Under the pieces are notes generated by a model. The model was given only the letters and a program-made list of their open reading frames with translations. It was not told where the DNA came from and did not search any database. From positions 57,868 through 121,867 of the IMG/VR virus record IMGVR_UViG_3300025732_000021: 64,000 bases of DNA. One strand, given 5' to 3'. Position numbers and translations under genes: made by a program. Source of the DNA: a virus. Below, in pieces: positions 37,104-48,800 of the stretch (its first letter is position 1; every line of letters starts with the position of its first letter).

Positions 37104-37766
37104 CTACCAGTCGATGTTTGTCGCTGATGTAGTAGATGGAGAGTCGAATCCAAGATAAAATGCTTCTTGTTCGGCATATGGCACACGACGAAGCGCCTTC
37201 TCCAATGGGTATGGCTCAATACCTTCCCACTTAAATGGCTCCTTATCTGGAGCAGATGGAATTAAAGTATAAGATGTTTCAGTTCCCTGACCATTACGCT
37301 TTAACTTCCATTGTAAATTTGAAATGCTACCAGTTTCTAGTGCATATTCACGAATTGTATTGAATGCGGATTGCTTGCTTACACCCATAGACCAAATTGC
37401 GACATAGGGCTTATCTTCAATCCCATCATCAACAAGAACATTACAATAAAAACGAAGACGACCACGCCATCCACTGTTTCCCTTTGGATCTTTGCGATAC
37501 ATCTCTTCAGCCCAGTCACGACCTTCTGTATCCATTGTGTCTACAGCCTTACGCTTATAGTCCTTTGGATTTGTATGTTCTTTTACAACAAGTGCAAGAC
37601 CACGGTCTTCTACATAATGTGCAGAATCTTCATCAAGTTCTTCGATGAATCTAATCTTTACAGATTGTCCATCTGCCAACTTGAGCCATCGCACCTTTGG
37701 TGCACCTTCATCATTTTTCTTATCGAGCAGGGCGTTGATATTTTTTAGTCCCTTAATAACGCTCAT
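37104..37766 (-). CDS. Single-stranded DNA-binding protein (gp32-like)
   Basis: WLKL.DG.SVKIRF, RLRFYCNVLV, KLKRNGQG..T.Y, C-terminal IDW; TATACT and AAGGAG upstream. Confidence 0.75.
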   Translation of the reverse strand: MSVIKGLKNINALLDKKNDEGAPKVRWLKLADGQSVKIRFIEELDEDSAHYVEDRGLALVVKEHTNPKDYKRKAVDTMDTEGRDWAEEMYRKDPKGNSGWRGRLRFYCNVLVDDGIEDKPYVAIWSMGVSKQSAFNTIREYALETGSISNLQWKLKRNGQGTETSYTLIPSAPDKEPFKWEGIEPYPLEKALRRVPYAEQEAFYLGFDSPSTTSATNIDW

Positions 37767-37796
37767 TTTTTCTCCTTTGTTTTATACTAGTATACA

Positions 37797-39254
37797 TTAA
37801 AAGGTAACATCTGTCAAGTGCTTAGATAAATACTCTTTAACATCTATTCCTTCAAAGTTTTTTGCTTCATTATACAGTTTATCATATGCTTGCTTAGTTT
37901 GCAAATCTGAATACAAATTAGATCTATTAAACTGTCCAGTATTTACATATGTAGTCATCCATGACTGATATCCAAATGTTTTATTAGTATTTGAAATAAC
38001 GTATTGTGATATATAATCTTTATCTAATTCTCTTAATACATTTTCTGCATATTCTGGCATTTTATTTTCTATTTTAAAGTTTTTCCAAAATTCAGAATTA
38101 TCTTTGTCAGTTAAATAATGTATATAAATAAATCCTAATAGTTCTTTATTTTTTTGTAATATCAAATCATTATATTTTTCAATAACTGTTTCATTATTAT
38201 TTAATGTATATTCAGTTAAAAATTCTGGAGACGTAAACAATCTTAACATGTATATAGTAAGCATAATAGACGTAGCATGTAATGGTTCAAAGAATCCCGC
38301 AGCAAGCCCAACAGATAAACAATTTTTAACCCATGGTGTTTTATAATATCCTGGTTTAAAATCAAAATGATTAACTACTTTGACATCTTCTTTTTTAAAA
38401 AGAGTATAAATTTCTTCTAATGCATTTTCCTTAGATGTATATTTTGGATCGTATACATATCCGCATCCATATCTATGTTTTAACGGTGTCTTCCATACCC
38501 AACCATATTTCATTGCTATAATTTCTGTACACATAGAATAATTTTCATCTTGTGGTAAAAAGAATGCTAATGCTTTAGTACAAGGTAAACTTTCTGATGT
38601 ATCAACCCATTCAGATTGTAAGTGATGCCCAACAAATAAATTTTTAAATCCAGTAGCATCTATTAAAAAATCACATTGATAAGAACCAGACTCACAGTGT
38701 ATAACAGTAATATTTCCATTAAACTCTCCAACATGTTTAATTTTATCATCTATTATTTTTATTCCTCTTTTTGTTGACTCTTCTTTAAAAAATTCTGCTA
38801 ATTTAATAGCATCTAAATGCCATCCAATATATGGCCAAGATAGTTTATTTTTATTTGTAGCACTAAGTCCTTTATTAATATCATCTAAATTATTATTATT
38901 TGACATAACTTCTATAGATGCTAACTTAAATAATTCTAATTGTTCTTCTTTTGTAAGATCATTATCAGATACATAATTTATTAATGGATGAAAGTATGAA
39001 TCTTGTCTTTTAGACCATCCTATAAATTTTATACCGTTCTTTAATGTTGACCCAGTATGCTCTATAAATTTATCTATTGGTAATTCTAATTCATCAAAAA
39101 TATAAGCAAAGTTAGTTGTGGTTCCTTCTCCAGCACCCAGCACCCCAACTCTAGAACTATCTATTACCGTTATGTCTGCATGTGGCAATCTTTTATTAAT
39201 TGTTAAAGCAGCAAGATATCCAGCAGTACCGCCTCCAGCAACAACTACTTTCAA
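37797..39254 (-). CDS. Flavin-dependent tryptophan halogenase family protein (TTG start)
   Basis: VAGGGTAG, GAGEGT, TLKNGIKF, IDATGF, GWVWKTPL, GFFEPLHATS. Confidence 0.9.
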   Translation of the reverse strand: MKVVVAGGGTAGYLAALTINKRLPHADITVIDSSRVGVLGAGEGTTTNFAYIFDELELPIDKFIEHTGSTLKNGIKFIGWSKRQDSYFHPLINYVSDNDLTKEEQLELFKLASIEVMSNNNNLDDINKGLSATNKNKLSWPYIGWHLDAIKLAEFFKEESTKRGIKIIDDKIKHVGEFNGNITVIHCESGSYQCDFLIDATGFKNLFVGHHLQSEWVDTSESLPCTKALAFFLPQDENYSMCTEIIAMKYGWVWKTPLKHRYGCGYVYDPKYTSKENALEEIYTLFKKEDVKVVNHFDFKPGYYKTPWVKNCLSVGLAAGFFEPLHATSIMLTIYMLRLFTSPEFLTEYTLNNNETVIEKYNDLILQKNKELLGFIYIHYLTDKDNSEFWKNFKIENKMPEYAENVLRELDKDYISQYVISNTNKTFGYQSWMTTYVNTGQFNRSNLYSDLQTKQAYDKLYNEAKNFEGIDVKEYLSKHLTDVTF

Positions 39255-39550
39255 AGAATAACTCCAAAATATTTTGCAATATAAAGTATTGCAAGGATTG
39301 ACCATAAAATATTAAACCAAATTAGGGTAGGTATTGTTTTAACAGTAGATGACCAAATAAGTCCAATACTTGATACTAATGCAAATATATAAAACCACCA
39401 TACACTCACATCAAACAGTAATCCTGGTAAAATAATTATTGCTTTGGCAACAAAAGCAAAAAATTCTACAATGTTTGCCTTTGTCCAATATTCTTTATGA
39501 CCCATGGTTTTTAAAGCCTGTAACCATTCCATATGATTTTTATTTTTCAT
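39251..39550 (-). CDS. Small multi-TM membrane protein
   Basis: Three hydrophobic segments; coupled to primase and halogenase. Confidence 0.7.
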   Translation of the reverse strand: MKNKNHMEWLQALKTMGHKEYWTKANIVEFFAFVAKAIIILPGLLFDVSVWWFYIFALVSSIGLIWSSTVKTIPTLIWFNILWSILAILYIAKYFGVIL

Positions 39551-40491
39551 ACTAACATCCTTTGTATTTGATCGGTAAAACTTTTATCTATCTTAATTAT
39601 ATCAGAATCATCCATATCCCCGATATCTTTATATTTACTTTCTAGGTTTATTATAGAAACAGAGTTATTTAATCTTTCTAATATTTTTTGTTTCATATTG
39701 TTTCCTGCATCATCATTATCAGCAATAATAACTATATCGTTAAAATATTTTTGAAGCAATGATATTTGTTTTGATGATACATTTGCTCCTAAGGTAGCAA
39801 CTGCTGGTAGACCAACCTGATCTAGTCTTATTGCATCAAATGATGACTCTACAACATATACACGACTTGCATTTTTAATGCGATTTAAATTAAATAGTAA
39901 TTTTGATTTTGGAAGTCCTGGAGTATTTTTAAATTCCTTTCCACTTATAGACCTAGCGACAAATCCAACACATAGTCCATCATGGTTATGAACAGGTATA
40001 GTTACCATATCTTGATTTTCAGAATATCCAAGTTTAAATTTTTTAATAGAATTCTCTGTTATTTTCCTGCCATCAAAATATTGTTTGGCTCTATCGTTTG
40101 ATAATGCCTGATCGGAAAGTCTATCTATTACATTAATATCAAACTCAGACCATTCTTCTTTTTCTACTAACTTAGAAGATATATCAGAAAGAATATCAAC
40201 CTCAACCTCTTTGCTTTTAATAAATCTAATAGCCTCAAAATATGTCCTATTTGAACAATGCATAACTAATTCTATTAAATCTGCAGTATGACTACAAGAA
40301 AAACAAAAAAACAATCCACTAAACTTATTTATTTCTGCAGCAGGGGTCCTATGGTTTGAGTGAAATGGACAAAAAACAACATACTCAGACTCTGCCTCTT
40401 TTTCTATATTTATGCCAGATCCTGAGAGAACTCTTTTAATCTGGTTGGCTGTGTATGAACTGCTTTCGTACCGTCTATTCCTAGTATCCAT
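39547..40491 (-). CDS. dnaG: DNA primase
   Basis: CPFH...CFSC Zn finger, VVESSFD, DNDDAG TOPRIM, KDIGD. Confidence 0.92.
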   Translation of the reverse strand: MDTRNRRYESSSYTANQIKRVLSGSGINIEKEAESEYVVFCPFHSNHRTPAAEINKFSGLFFCFSCSHTADLIELVMHCSNRTYFEAIRFIKSKEVEVDILSDISSKLVEKEEWSEFDINVIDRLSDQALSNDRAKQYFDGRKITENSIKKFKLGYSENQDMVTIPVHNHDGLCVGFVARSISGKEFKNTPGLPKSKLLFNLNRIKNASRVYVVESSFDAIRLDQVGLPAVATLGANVSSKQISLLQKYFNDIVIIADNDDAGNNMKQKILERLNNSVSIINLESKYKDIGDMDDSDIIKIDKSFTDQIQRMLV

Positions 40492-40736
40492 TCGCTCTTT
40501 TTTCTCCCTATATATATTCCATATATACTTAATATAAAATTATATGTATTATTTTTTTCATTGTATTCTATTGTAAACTGAGGGTCAATATCAAATCTTG
40601 GAACATATCCAGACAAGCGCATTTCAGATACCAATAATCTGATATATTCTTGCTGTAATCTATATATAGAGGAGTCATCATAAATAACTCCGTCCATCCC
40701 AAACCTTTTTATAGGTTTGTGCTGATATGTCTCCAT
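40410..40736 (-). CDS. Hypothetical protein
   Basis: 108 aa; TATAAT 7 nt before ATG. Confidence 0.7.
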   Translation of the reverse strand: METYQHKPIKRFGMDGVIYDDSSIYRLQQEYIRLLVSEMRLSGYVPRFDIDPQFTIEYNEKNNTYNFILSIYGIYIGRKKSEWILGIDGTKAVHTQPTRLKEFSQDLA

Positions 40737-40744
40737 GGCACATA

Positions 40745-41971
40745 TTATACTGACTTATCTTCATAATCTTTATACCTATAATATCCCTTGTCAAAGTCAG
40801 CCTGAACCAAAAATTCACCCATAAAACCATTGCGATTCTTGCGAAATACGCATTCTATAATATCGCTATTTGTAGCCCTACCTAAAGCAAGAACCCAGTC
40901 AGCATCATAGGCAATTTGACGTGACCATGCTGTTTGACCAAGTGTTGGAACTGTTTCAAGTTTAGTGACATCATCGGGGGTAGCAGATGATATGGCAATA
41001 ATTGGGACTTCTTCAGCGATTGCCATTAACTTTAATTCACGTGAAAGATTTTTCATACGAATAGTTTCATTGTCAGACTTAGTATTAGGACTCATTAATT
41101 GTAAATAATCTACAATAACAAAGTCTGGTTTATATTGATCTATTTTGCCACGTAAAACTAATGGAGTTATATCTCCGCCTGTATCGTTTGATATGATATG
41201 AAATTCTGGTCTACCCTGAACATTTTTAGTATGCCAAGATTTCAACATGTCCATTTCAATTTGACCAGCACTTAATTTACGATGTGACCATAATCCTTCG
41301 CCCATAATTGCAAATACACGATTACGCACTTCTGTCTCAGACATTTCAAGACTTATAATCATTGGACTACGACCCTGTTTCCAAGCCTGTACAGCAAAAT
41401 AGAGGGACAACCATGACTTTCCTATGCCTGGATATGCAAGAAAGACTCCTAATTGTCCTGGCATAATTCCAGAAGGCAAATAATTATCAAATCCTGGAAG
41501 TCCAGTTTTAATTCCAAGGGCACCAGCCTCTTGTTGCTTTTTAAGATTTTCAAAATATGCAATAGCAGAATCTAAATCTGTTACATCTATATCACGAATT
41601 GCTGCTGTGTTTTTTCTAAGTTCTGCTGTTTTTGATATTAAAGATTCTAATGCCTCGACACCAAGACCACCCTGAACTTCTGTCGCAGCAGATCTTAATA
41701 TATCTTTAAGACTATTAACTAGATATTCAGATTGTAACTCTTCAAGATGATGCTTTGTAGAACCAATTCCATCTACTGGTTCAAAATCTCTAAATTTTTC
41801 TACAACTAATTCTGTTGGAGGAACTGTTCCATTATGCTCATAATATTTTCTTATAAATTGCCAAACATCTAAGTGTGTTTTTAGTATGCCCTCAACATTG
41901 GCCTGAAGCATAACATGCGCTTGCTTATCTTTAAGAACGGCAGATATAAGTTTTGATTCTGAATTATTCAC
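40745..41971 (-). CDS. dnaB: DnaB-like replicative helicase
   Basis: AYPGIGKS, ISLEMS, IVDYLQLM, LSRELK, KNRNG. Confidence 0.93.
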   Translation of the reverse strand: MNNSESKLISAVLKDKQAHVMLQANVEGILKTHLDVWQFIRKYYEHNGTVPPTELVVEKFRDFEPVDGIGSTKHHLEELQSEYLVNSLKDILRSAATEVQGGLGVEALESLISKTAELRKNTAAIRDIDVTDLDSAIAYFENLKKQQEAGALGIKTGLPGFDNYLPSGIMPGQLGVFLAYPGIGKSWLSLYFAVQAWKQGRSPMIISLEMSETEVRNRVFAIMGEGLWSHRKLSAGQIEMDMLKSWHTKNVQGRPEFHIISNDTGGDITPLVLRGKIDQYKPDFVIVDYLQLMSPNTKSDNETIRMKNLSRELKLMAIAEEVPIIAISSATPDDVTKLETVPTLGQTAWSRQIAYDADWVLALGRATNSDIIECVFRKNRNGFMGEFLVQADFDKGYYRYKDYEDKSV

Positions 41972-42272
41972 TTAGCCATTCCTTTGCTTTTTCCCTACGC
42001 TGCTGTCTTTCTTCTAAATCTTTTTGTTGTTGATGTATTGCTTCCAGTATATCATGTGCAATATAAGCAAAATGATTCCATGTTGGATTATCCGTAACTT
42101 CAAAATAATATTCTAATAATTGATAACATTTATCAAGTCCATAAGACTCTACTAATGCATCAGCAGACCATTGTTCAATCCACTTATTATACTGTGGCCC
42201 TTGTCCTAGTTTAAACTTATAGTGTTTATCAAACCTACTCAACAGAGCCATGCGCTTCTGTTTGTCTGTCAC
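41964..42272 (-). CDS. Hypothetical protein upstream of the helicase
   Basis: 102 aa, GTG start, overlaps the helicase start. Confidence 0.65.
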   Translation of the reverse strand: MTDKQKRMALLSRFDKHYKFKLGQGPQYNKWIEQWSADALVESYGLDKCYQLLEYYFEVTDNPTWNHFAYIAHDILEAIHQQQKDLEERQQRREKAKEWLSE

Positions 42273-42273
42273 A

Positions 42274-42480
42274 CTACTCGCTTTCGGCTAGTTCTGCTTT
42301 TGCTTCTGTAATTTTTGTTGTTAACTTATCTTCAACAAATTTATATACACGTTCAAATGCTTGATCTGTATTTTCACCATCACGCTTTGAATCTACTACA
42401 CCTAAGTCTAATCTTAAAGATTGAAAGTTTCCAAGATTGAGTGTGTAGCCAAGTGTTACTGATACTTTTGTATCTTCCAT
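42274..42480 (-). CDS. Hypothetical protein
   Basis: V.VTLGYTLNLGNFQSLRLD motif. Confidence 0.7.
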   Translation of the reverse strand: MEDTKVSVTLGYTLNLGNFQSLRLDLGVVDSKRDGENTDQAFERVYKFVEDKLTTKITEAKAELAESE

Positions 42481-42494
42481 TTCATACCCTTCTG

Positions 42495-43037
42495 CTATAT
42501 TGATTCTGACCAAACTGGTATATATCTACCATCTTCAGTCTTTGTATATGTTAGTATACCATCTCCCATTCTGCGTGTCAATTCAGCCTTAGTGGGAGTG
42601 ATATCGTTTGTTATTAAATTATCTTTTCTTGGTCTACCAATATGGTATGTAGCCAGTATATCACGAATCTCTTTAACTTGCGATTCTGAATAATAAGATC
42701 TTACTTGCCATCCTCTTTTACCATCTTTTTGTGCTCCAATCGGAGTAGGTATTATTCCACGTTTCATTAATGTTGGCATATATTTTCTATGTCTATTGAC
42801 AAGATCTGCTGCTTCTGATACAGTATATGCTCTTTCTTTTTTATTTTTAAATTCGCTTATTAAACAACTTTCAATTTTATCTTTTGTAATATTATAAATA
42901 GACATAATGCCATTTGATCTATTAGAATGAATCACCCTTACAAGATCTTTATTTAAAAACCAAATTTTTTTACTACCCTGAATTACAGGGGAGAGATTGT
43001 ATTCTTCGCTCGTTCTAATTCCTTTTTTAGCAACCAT
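42495..43037 (-). CDS. MerR-like HTH DNA-binding protein
   Basis: YTVSEAADLVNRH...GIIP.P...R.YYSESQV. Confidence 0.7.
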   Translation of the reverse strand: MVAKKGIRTSEEYNLSPVIQGSKKIWFLNKDLVRVIHSNRSNGIMSIYNITKDKIESCLISEFKNKKERAYTVSEAADLVNRHRKYMPTLMKRGIIPTPIGAQKDGKRGWQVRSYYSESQVKEIRDILATYHIGRPRKDNLITNDITPTKAELTRRMGDGILTYTKTEDGRYIPVWSESI

Positions 43038-43174
43038 CTACCTTCCTCCGAATCAGACGGTGGATGAAAAAATTTTCTTGATCCACAAATAAAACAATAT
43101 ATTTCTATATGAGAGAATGAGTTGTATACTCTGTCTACCATCATATTTTTTAAACATTTTTTACATTTAATCAT
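42983..43174 (-). CDS. Zn-ribbon protein
   Basis: CKKC...CFICG. Confidence 0.7.
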   Translation of the reverse strand: MIKCKKCLKNMMVDRVYNSFSHIEIYCFICGSRKFFHPPSDSEEGRWLLKKELERAKNTISPL

Positions 43175-43617
43175 TAATTGGGTATGCCGACAATAATTAA
43201 ATTAATACCAATGGATACATCTCCACTAGAATTAAAATTAACAACGCCATCTACCTTTGATGTAGTAATACTTTTTATTACTACCGAAACATTTTTTCCT
43301 GCTTCTGTTCCGCCAATATTAATTGGACTTGCTGTAACAATTGGGGCAAATTTAAAATCTGCGGGAAAGTTATACGAAAAAGGTTGCTGGCTTCCGATAC
43401 TCTGATTAGAACTTTTTACAACATCTGTATAGCCTGCAATTATTCTTGTTTCAGATGCCTTTGCATTTTGTGATACTCCATTAGGGACATCCACTGTAAC
43501 ATATTTATATATTGCTGGAGAAATCTGTAATGATAACTCGTTAATTGCATTTGCAATTTGATATATATATGAAACGTCAAGCGGTTGACCTAGTTCTGGT
43601 AAAGGTATTTTTGCCAT
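43174..43617 (-). CDS. Probable virion structural protein
   Basis: Beta-rich; at the end of the tail module; AGGAGG SD. Confidence 0.55.
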   Translation of the reverse strand: MAKIPLPELGQPLDVSYIYQIANAINELSLQISPAIYKYVTVDVPNGVSQNAKASETRIIAGYTDVVKSSNQSIGSQQPFSYNFPADFKFAPIVTASPINIGGTEAGKNVSVVIKSITTSKVDGVVNFNSSGDVSIGINLIIVGIPN

Positions 43618-43633
43618 ATTTCCTCCTGTCTAA

Positions 43634-44074
43634 TTATATCAGACTTCCTTCATTTTCAAATAATGTTGCATTTTGAAATCTTTCAAGTGGAATTGTGTTT
43701 GTCTGAACAGCAACATTAATATACTCTTTATCTGAAGAATAAACAATTGAATAATTTGTCTGAGATGTTTTGCCATAATATTGCCAATCTAGATTATTCC
43801 ATTTAACATATAAGTGATATTCTCCTATATTTAACTGAGGTTCCCATGTTAAATTAATAACACGGTTATTAGTATCTATTACCATACTATTTAAAATTTC
43901 TACTGGTGTATCTTCAGCAATTATTTTATAAACTGGAGACCAGTGAGATGTTCTATTTTTATCTTCTGAAATAAATCTATATCGTAAAACGTATGTTTTA
44001 TTGTTGCCAAAAAAACCTGGAAGTTTAGATTTTGGAATAATAACTTTTTTTATTCCTTGATCTGGACTAGACAT
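43634..44074 (-). CDS. Probable minor tail protein (Ig/Fn3-like)
   Basis: Beta-rich; position in the tail module. Confidence 0.55.
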   Translation of the reverse strand: MSSPDQGIKKVIIPKSKLPGFFGNNKTYVLRYRFISEDKNRTSHWSPVYKIIAEDTPVEILNSMVIDTNNRVINLTWEPQLNIGEYHLYVKWNNLDWQYYGKTSQTNYSIVYSSDKEYINVAVQTNTIPLERFQNATLFENEGSLI

Positions 44075-45186
44075 TATTGCACATCCATTGCAAATCTAAA
44101 TTCTATATAATTTGTTGTATTGGCTTCTTTAATAACGGTTTCAGCATTGGTATTTTTTAATACTGTATATCCCGTTAAACCATATATTGGATTAGTAGTT
44201 GATATATTTTCAAACCTAATTGCATCTAATCCTATATAAAAGTTTTCAGAAGGTTCATTATCTTTTATAACAGTTGTATAAATCTTAACTATTGAAACGT
44301 TATTCCAAGTAAAACCAGAACTTTTATATAGTTCTTGTAGTTGTTTCGTTATTACATAATACCTATTATTTTCAAAATCATAGTCGTTTGCATCCATAAC
44401 GACTTCAAACCTTGCCCATTCATTAACTCCTGGAGCATCTGATTCTGCAAACTCTAATAATATTCTAACCTTGTCTGGAACAATTGCTCCATCTGGATCT
44501 TTATTGATAACACTAAAGGCTAATTTAATTTGATCTGTAGGTGAATTTTTATTAAAGTCTAATGCGGTTCCAGCAAGGTGTATATGTGCAGAGCCTTCTC
44601 CTATTGATAAGTGATTTGAAGAAATTCCTAAATCTGCAGAATCACCCCTCATCATAACAATGTTATTGAAAAATCTTGCCCTTTCATATCTCAAAACTCT
44701 TGCAGAATCTGTAAAAACTAAATTATCGGAGTTTGTTTGAAAGGCTTTTTGTGTTTGATCTATAGTATTATTTTCTCCTAGTGGTTCATAAATAATATCT
44801 AATGCTCCAGCGTTTCCTAGTTGATCATGATATTCCCAGTTTTCATTTACAGTAAAAGCAAATAAAGATCTTGAGTCATATGCTCCAGCAGACGGGTTTG
44901 CTCCAGCAGAATATATTCCAACTTCTGATATTTCATATCTTTCATCTGTTGGCAATTCTGCAGTTAAAACTATTTTTTCAACTCCATTATCATTTACATA
45001 TCCTCTAGAAATGATAGGTACACGGAACATCTCAAAATCTAAAACCTCTTTATCCGTATAGTCTCCAAATGCTTGTGCTGTATTTAATGGCTTTGCACCG
45101 CAACCAATTGCTATATAGGACGCATAAGCAGGAGCCTGTCCTATCAGATATTTTGCAATAATGCCTTTTCCAATATTAGTTATCAT
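44074..45186 (-). CDS. Probable minor tail / baseplate protein
   Basis: MITNIGK...YIAIGCG...ISEVGIY collar-like N-terminus. Confidence 0.6.
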   Translation of the reverse strand: MITNIGKGIIAKYLIGQAPAYASYIAIGCGAKPLNTAQAFGDYTDKEVLDFEMFRVPIISRGYVNDNGVEKIVLTAELPTDERYEISEVGIYSAGANPSAGAYDSRSLFAFTVNENWEYHDQLGNAGALDIIYEPLGENNTIDQTQKAFQTNSDNLVFTDSARVLRYERARFFNNIVMMRGDSADLGISSNHLSIGEGSAHIHLAGTALDFNKNSPTDQIKLAFSVINKDPDGAIVPDKVRILLEFAESDAPGVNEWARFEVVMDANDYDFENNRYYVITKQLQELYKSSGFTWNNVSIVKIYTTVIKDNEPSENFYIGLDAIRFENISTTNPIYGLTGYTVLKNTNAETVIKEANTTNYIEFRFAMDVQ

Positions 45187-45188
45187 AA

Positions 45189-45827
45189 TTACACCTCATA
45201 TATTGTATCATCTAATACCTCCCCATTAGAAATTATGGATATTTCTACTTGTTCATCTTTTGCTAAATTTATAACATTAATAATTAAATCCCCTGTAGAT
45301 TCGTCTATATATACAATAGAACAGTTAGGCCCAGTACCACATAAAGGAACTTTACTTGAAAAATTAATAGGAAACTGCTTAAAATAATTAGCATCTATAT
45401 CTTGTAAACCAAGTATATTTTGTGGATTATATTGAAAATATATGCTGCTAAGATTTTTAATTGGTTGATATAAAATATTTTGACCGTTTACTAAATCAGA
45501 TCTTACAATATTAATTAATTCTTGACCACCTATATTTTCAAATATAAGGTCAGTCATTATTTCTATTGGAAGAGTATCATCTTTAAATAATATAATATCT
45601 GTAGTCGCTGGCTTAACATCTTTATTTACCAAACCATTTGGATATAAAACTGTTGGATCATCTGGTATTGCATTAAGACCACTTATATAATCTCCATATT
45701 CATCTAATTGCTCTTGACTAGTAACTCTTTTATCACTACCAAACTTCCAAGACATTTTTTGTTCATGTGTAGGCGCTATTGGATAATCATCATATACAAT
45801 TTTTCCATCTCCAGTAAAATATACCAT
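45189..45827 (-). CDS. Probable minor tail protein
   Basis: Position; GAGGTG SD. Confidence 0.55.
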   Translation of the reverse strand: MVYFTGDGKIVYDDYPIAPTHEQKMSWKFGSDKRVTSQEQLDEYGDYISGLNAIPDDPTVLYPNGLVNKDVKPATTDIILFKDDTLPIEIMTDLIFENIGGQELINIVRSDLVNGQNILYQPIKNLSSIYFQYNPQNILGLQDIDANYFKQFPINFSSKVPLCGTGPNCSIVYIDESTGDLIINVINLAKDEQVEISIISNGEVLDDTIYEV

Positions 45828-45828
45828 T

Positions 45829-48800
45829 TTACACCTCACTCAAATATAATGTCATACTAGGACCATTTATATCCTTTTGATAATCTATATTATATACAAC
45901 AAAATTTGATGAAGATGGAGAGACAACATCTATGTTGTTTTCATTTTTATATTCTATATTAACTATATCGCCTAGTTGTACTATTGGCATACTAAAAACT
46001 TTTACCCCTACACTCTTTCTAGGCTTCATAATTTTTTCAATAATCCAGGACATCAAATCTCTTGCATCATCTTCTGACTGAATGTATGGAGAATCAATTG
46101 CAAATTCTTTTCTTCCATATGTCAATCTACTTGTTTTTATTTTATCATAATCTTGTTCTGCTCTTATTGGCGAAATTATTAATCCATCTTTACCTATTTG
46201 CGGGTCAGAAAAATTGCTGTTTTTAGTAAAATAATTATCAACAGTAAGTTCATTTTCTGATTGTTGTGTAAATGTAATTCCTTGAATTCTTAAATAATTT
46301 CCGCTTGTTTCGTCCAAATTAATTGTTGTATCTGTTGAATTAAATATTAAAAATTCAGCACCGTAGGATCCAGCCCTAAAACCAGAAACGGTATATCCCT
46401 TAATTCTGTTAAACGTTGGAGATAGTTGTGCATATAATGCTGGATATGCTTTATCATATCTAACTTTAAGATATGCTGCCTCTCTCATTATGCTTCCAAA
46501 TTCTTCAAAATACATATTAAATTTAGGTGGTTGACTTGAACTAATTCCAGATAAATATGTTGACTGTATAACTCCAGACATAGCATACTTTCTAAATGAT
46601 TCATTAGCATTAATTTCATTATCTGTAAATGCAGCAGACACTGGAGTATCCAAAGCAAATACTGTATTCTGACTATAATTATTTGTTAATGCATATATAT
46701 TTTCAAACATACACTTAGACCCACCACGAACAAATAAAGCCATATTATTATATGCTGGCGTTGGATTGTTATCATCTACAATTCCAACTATCTGATTATT
46801 TATATATAAATAAAATTGTCTTACGGAACCTAGATCTTGATATTCAACTGCTAAATCATATACAGTTGGATTTTCTTCTCCCATTAATCTTGATTGTCCA
46901 GTAAAGTTTCCATCATCAACTAGTATGTTTGTAAACCCGCCCCAAAGTTTAATTGGTATAGCGTTACCACTTTCATCAGCCAATATTTTATAAAACACAA
47001 CATTATGCAAATTTTCTGCAGCAGAAGAATATTCACTAACATTATTTTCTGTTAATGAAATAATTTCAAAATAATATCCGACATTAGTATTTGGATTTAA
47101 TAGTACAGATATACCTCCAGAACCACCAGATATATTTAAACTTTGATTTGGCTGAGATCCTGGTAATACATAATATGGAGTTGAGTTTAATGGTGTTTGT
47201 CCACGTGTTTCACTTGCTTCTATTTTCCCAACTATTCTCATTCTGGTGCCGAAGTGCTTGTATCTATTGTCTAATGCTTTATATTGATATGACAAAAAGT
47301 TAATAGGAGTTTCGGTTGTTGAAAAAGATGGTCCATTCATAACTAGAGCAGATGATTGTATTGATCCTGTTTGGGTAGATTTTATAGTATTATTTTGAGT
47401 TTCTTTTGTAAAAGATGTAGACAAAAAGTTTTTTATAATACCAGTTCTCTTGTTTTCTTTTGATTTTGTATTATTAACTCCTGCTGGTGATTCTGAAAGT
47501 TGTTCGCCAACACCTTCTACTATTTGATCTTGAGTTTGTCCAATGTACTCTAAACCAAACAAAAATTCACTTTTCATATCCATTCCACGTACATATGTAT
47601 TATCTGTCCAATATGTGTCTAGTCCAGCCTTGTGAGATAATACTGGGGTACCGAATTGACCTCTACCGTGTCTAGATACCTCGCCATTCTTCATAACAGT
47701 TATTCCATTAATTTCTTCGTATTTTGGTTCTGAGTAAATTCTAACAAGTCCTGTAGGATATATTTTTCCATTAAATGTAAGTTTTGATAAATAATCTTGA
47801 TATTCTTGATTGCTACTTATCCAAACATTTCCTATAGCACCAGTAGTCGTAGTTGTAAAAGTAACCTTGCCATTACTTTCCTCTCTTGCAATTATTTTTT
47901 CTGCTCCAGGTATACTATATTGAACTGCATCAAATCTTATTATTTCTCCATTTGTATAAAAATATCCAGAATGTCTGCTTAACCAATAAACTGCTTCTCC
48001 TAAATCAATAGTATTATTTGTTAATTGATTACCTACGACTATTGGTAAAGAGGATGACAGGTCAGAGTTTAACGGAATAGCAGATAAACTATACGCTGAC
48101 TGACTCTGCGCTTCTCCGTTAATTGATCGTAAAGAATTTTCTCCAGTTACTTCCCATAAAAGAACTGGCTTATATATCCAATTTTTTGCAGATGCTTCAT
48201 TGTCTACCATACTTGCTTGTTTAATTGTTCCATATGATCTTTGTATATATCTGGATTTATAATTAATTTTCCCATCATTAAATACACTTTTATCAGTAGA
48301 TGCAATATCTATTATGTTTGTAAGTTTTGTATTAATACTTTTATTTTCTATTGCAGCATCTTTAGTAAAATCTTTAGAGCCATAAAAGGTAAAAGACTTT
48401 TGTCTTTGTGAAGATGATGGGATCATATAATTTTTACTCATCATTACAAAATTATTATACTCGTCAAAAAACATTGCTGTTTGTGTTGAGATAGCAAGAT
48501 CATTTAATACAGATGCAACTGTTTTATCTGGTCCAATATAAAAAAATGGAATTACTAGTTCTTTTTCTCCATCTACTCTTTTAAAAGTATAGTTTGAAAA
48601 ACCTATAGAGTCTAATAATAAAGATACTGCGTAACTTAAAGAAACATTTGTAACCAGCATTTGTGGTGCAAGTATTGATTCAAAATAAAAATATAAATCT
48701 CTTAATTCAAGATTTACCTTTTTATCATTAGGGTTGTACTTTGGAAAAGCATCACAATATAATGTTTTTATTGGAACTAAATAGTCATAGCCATCAACAT

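Noticed and set aside
25477-41971. Inteins or introns in terminase, RecA, DnaE or helicase
   Set aside because: Protein lengths are normal, ORFs are continuous, and no splicing or LAGLIDADG motifs were seen
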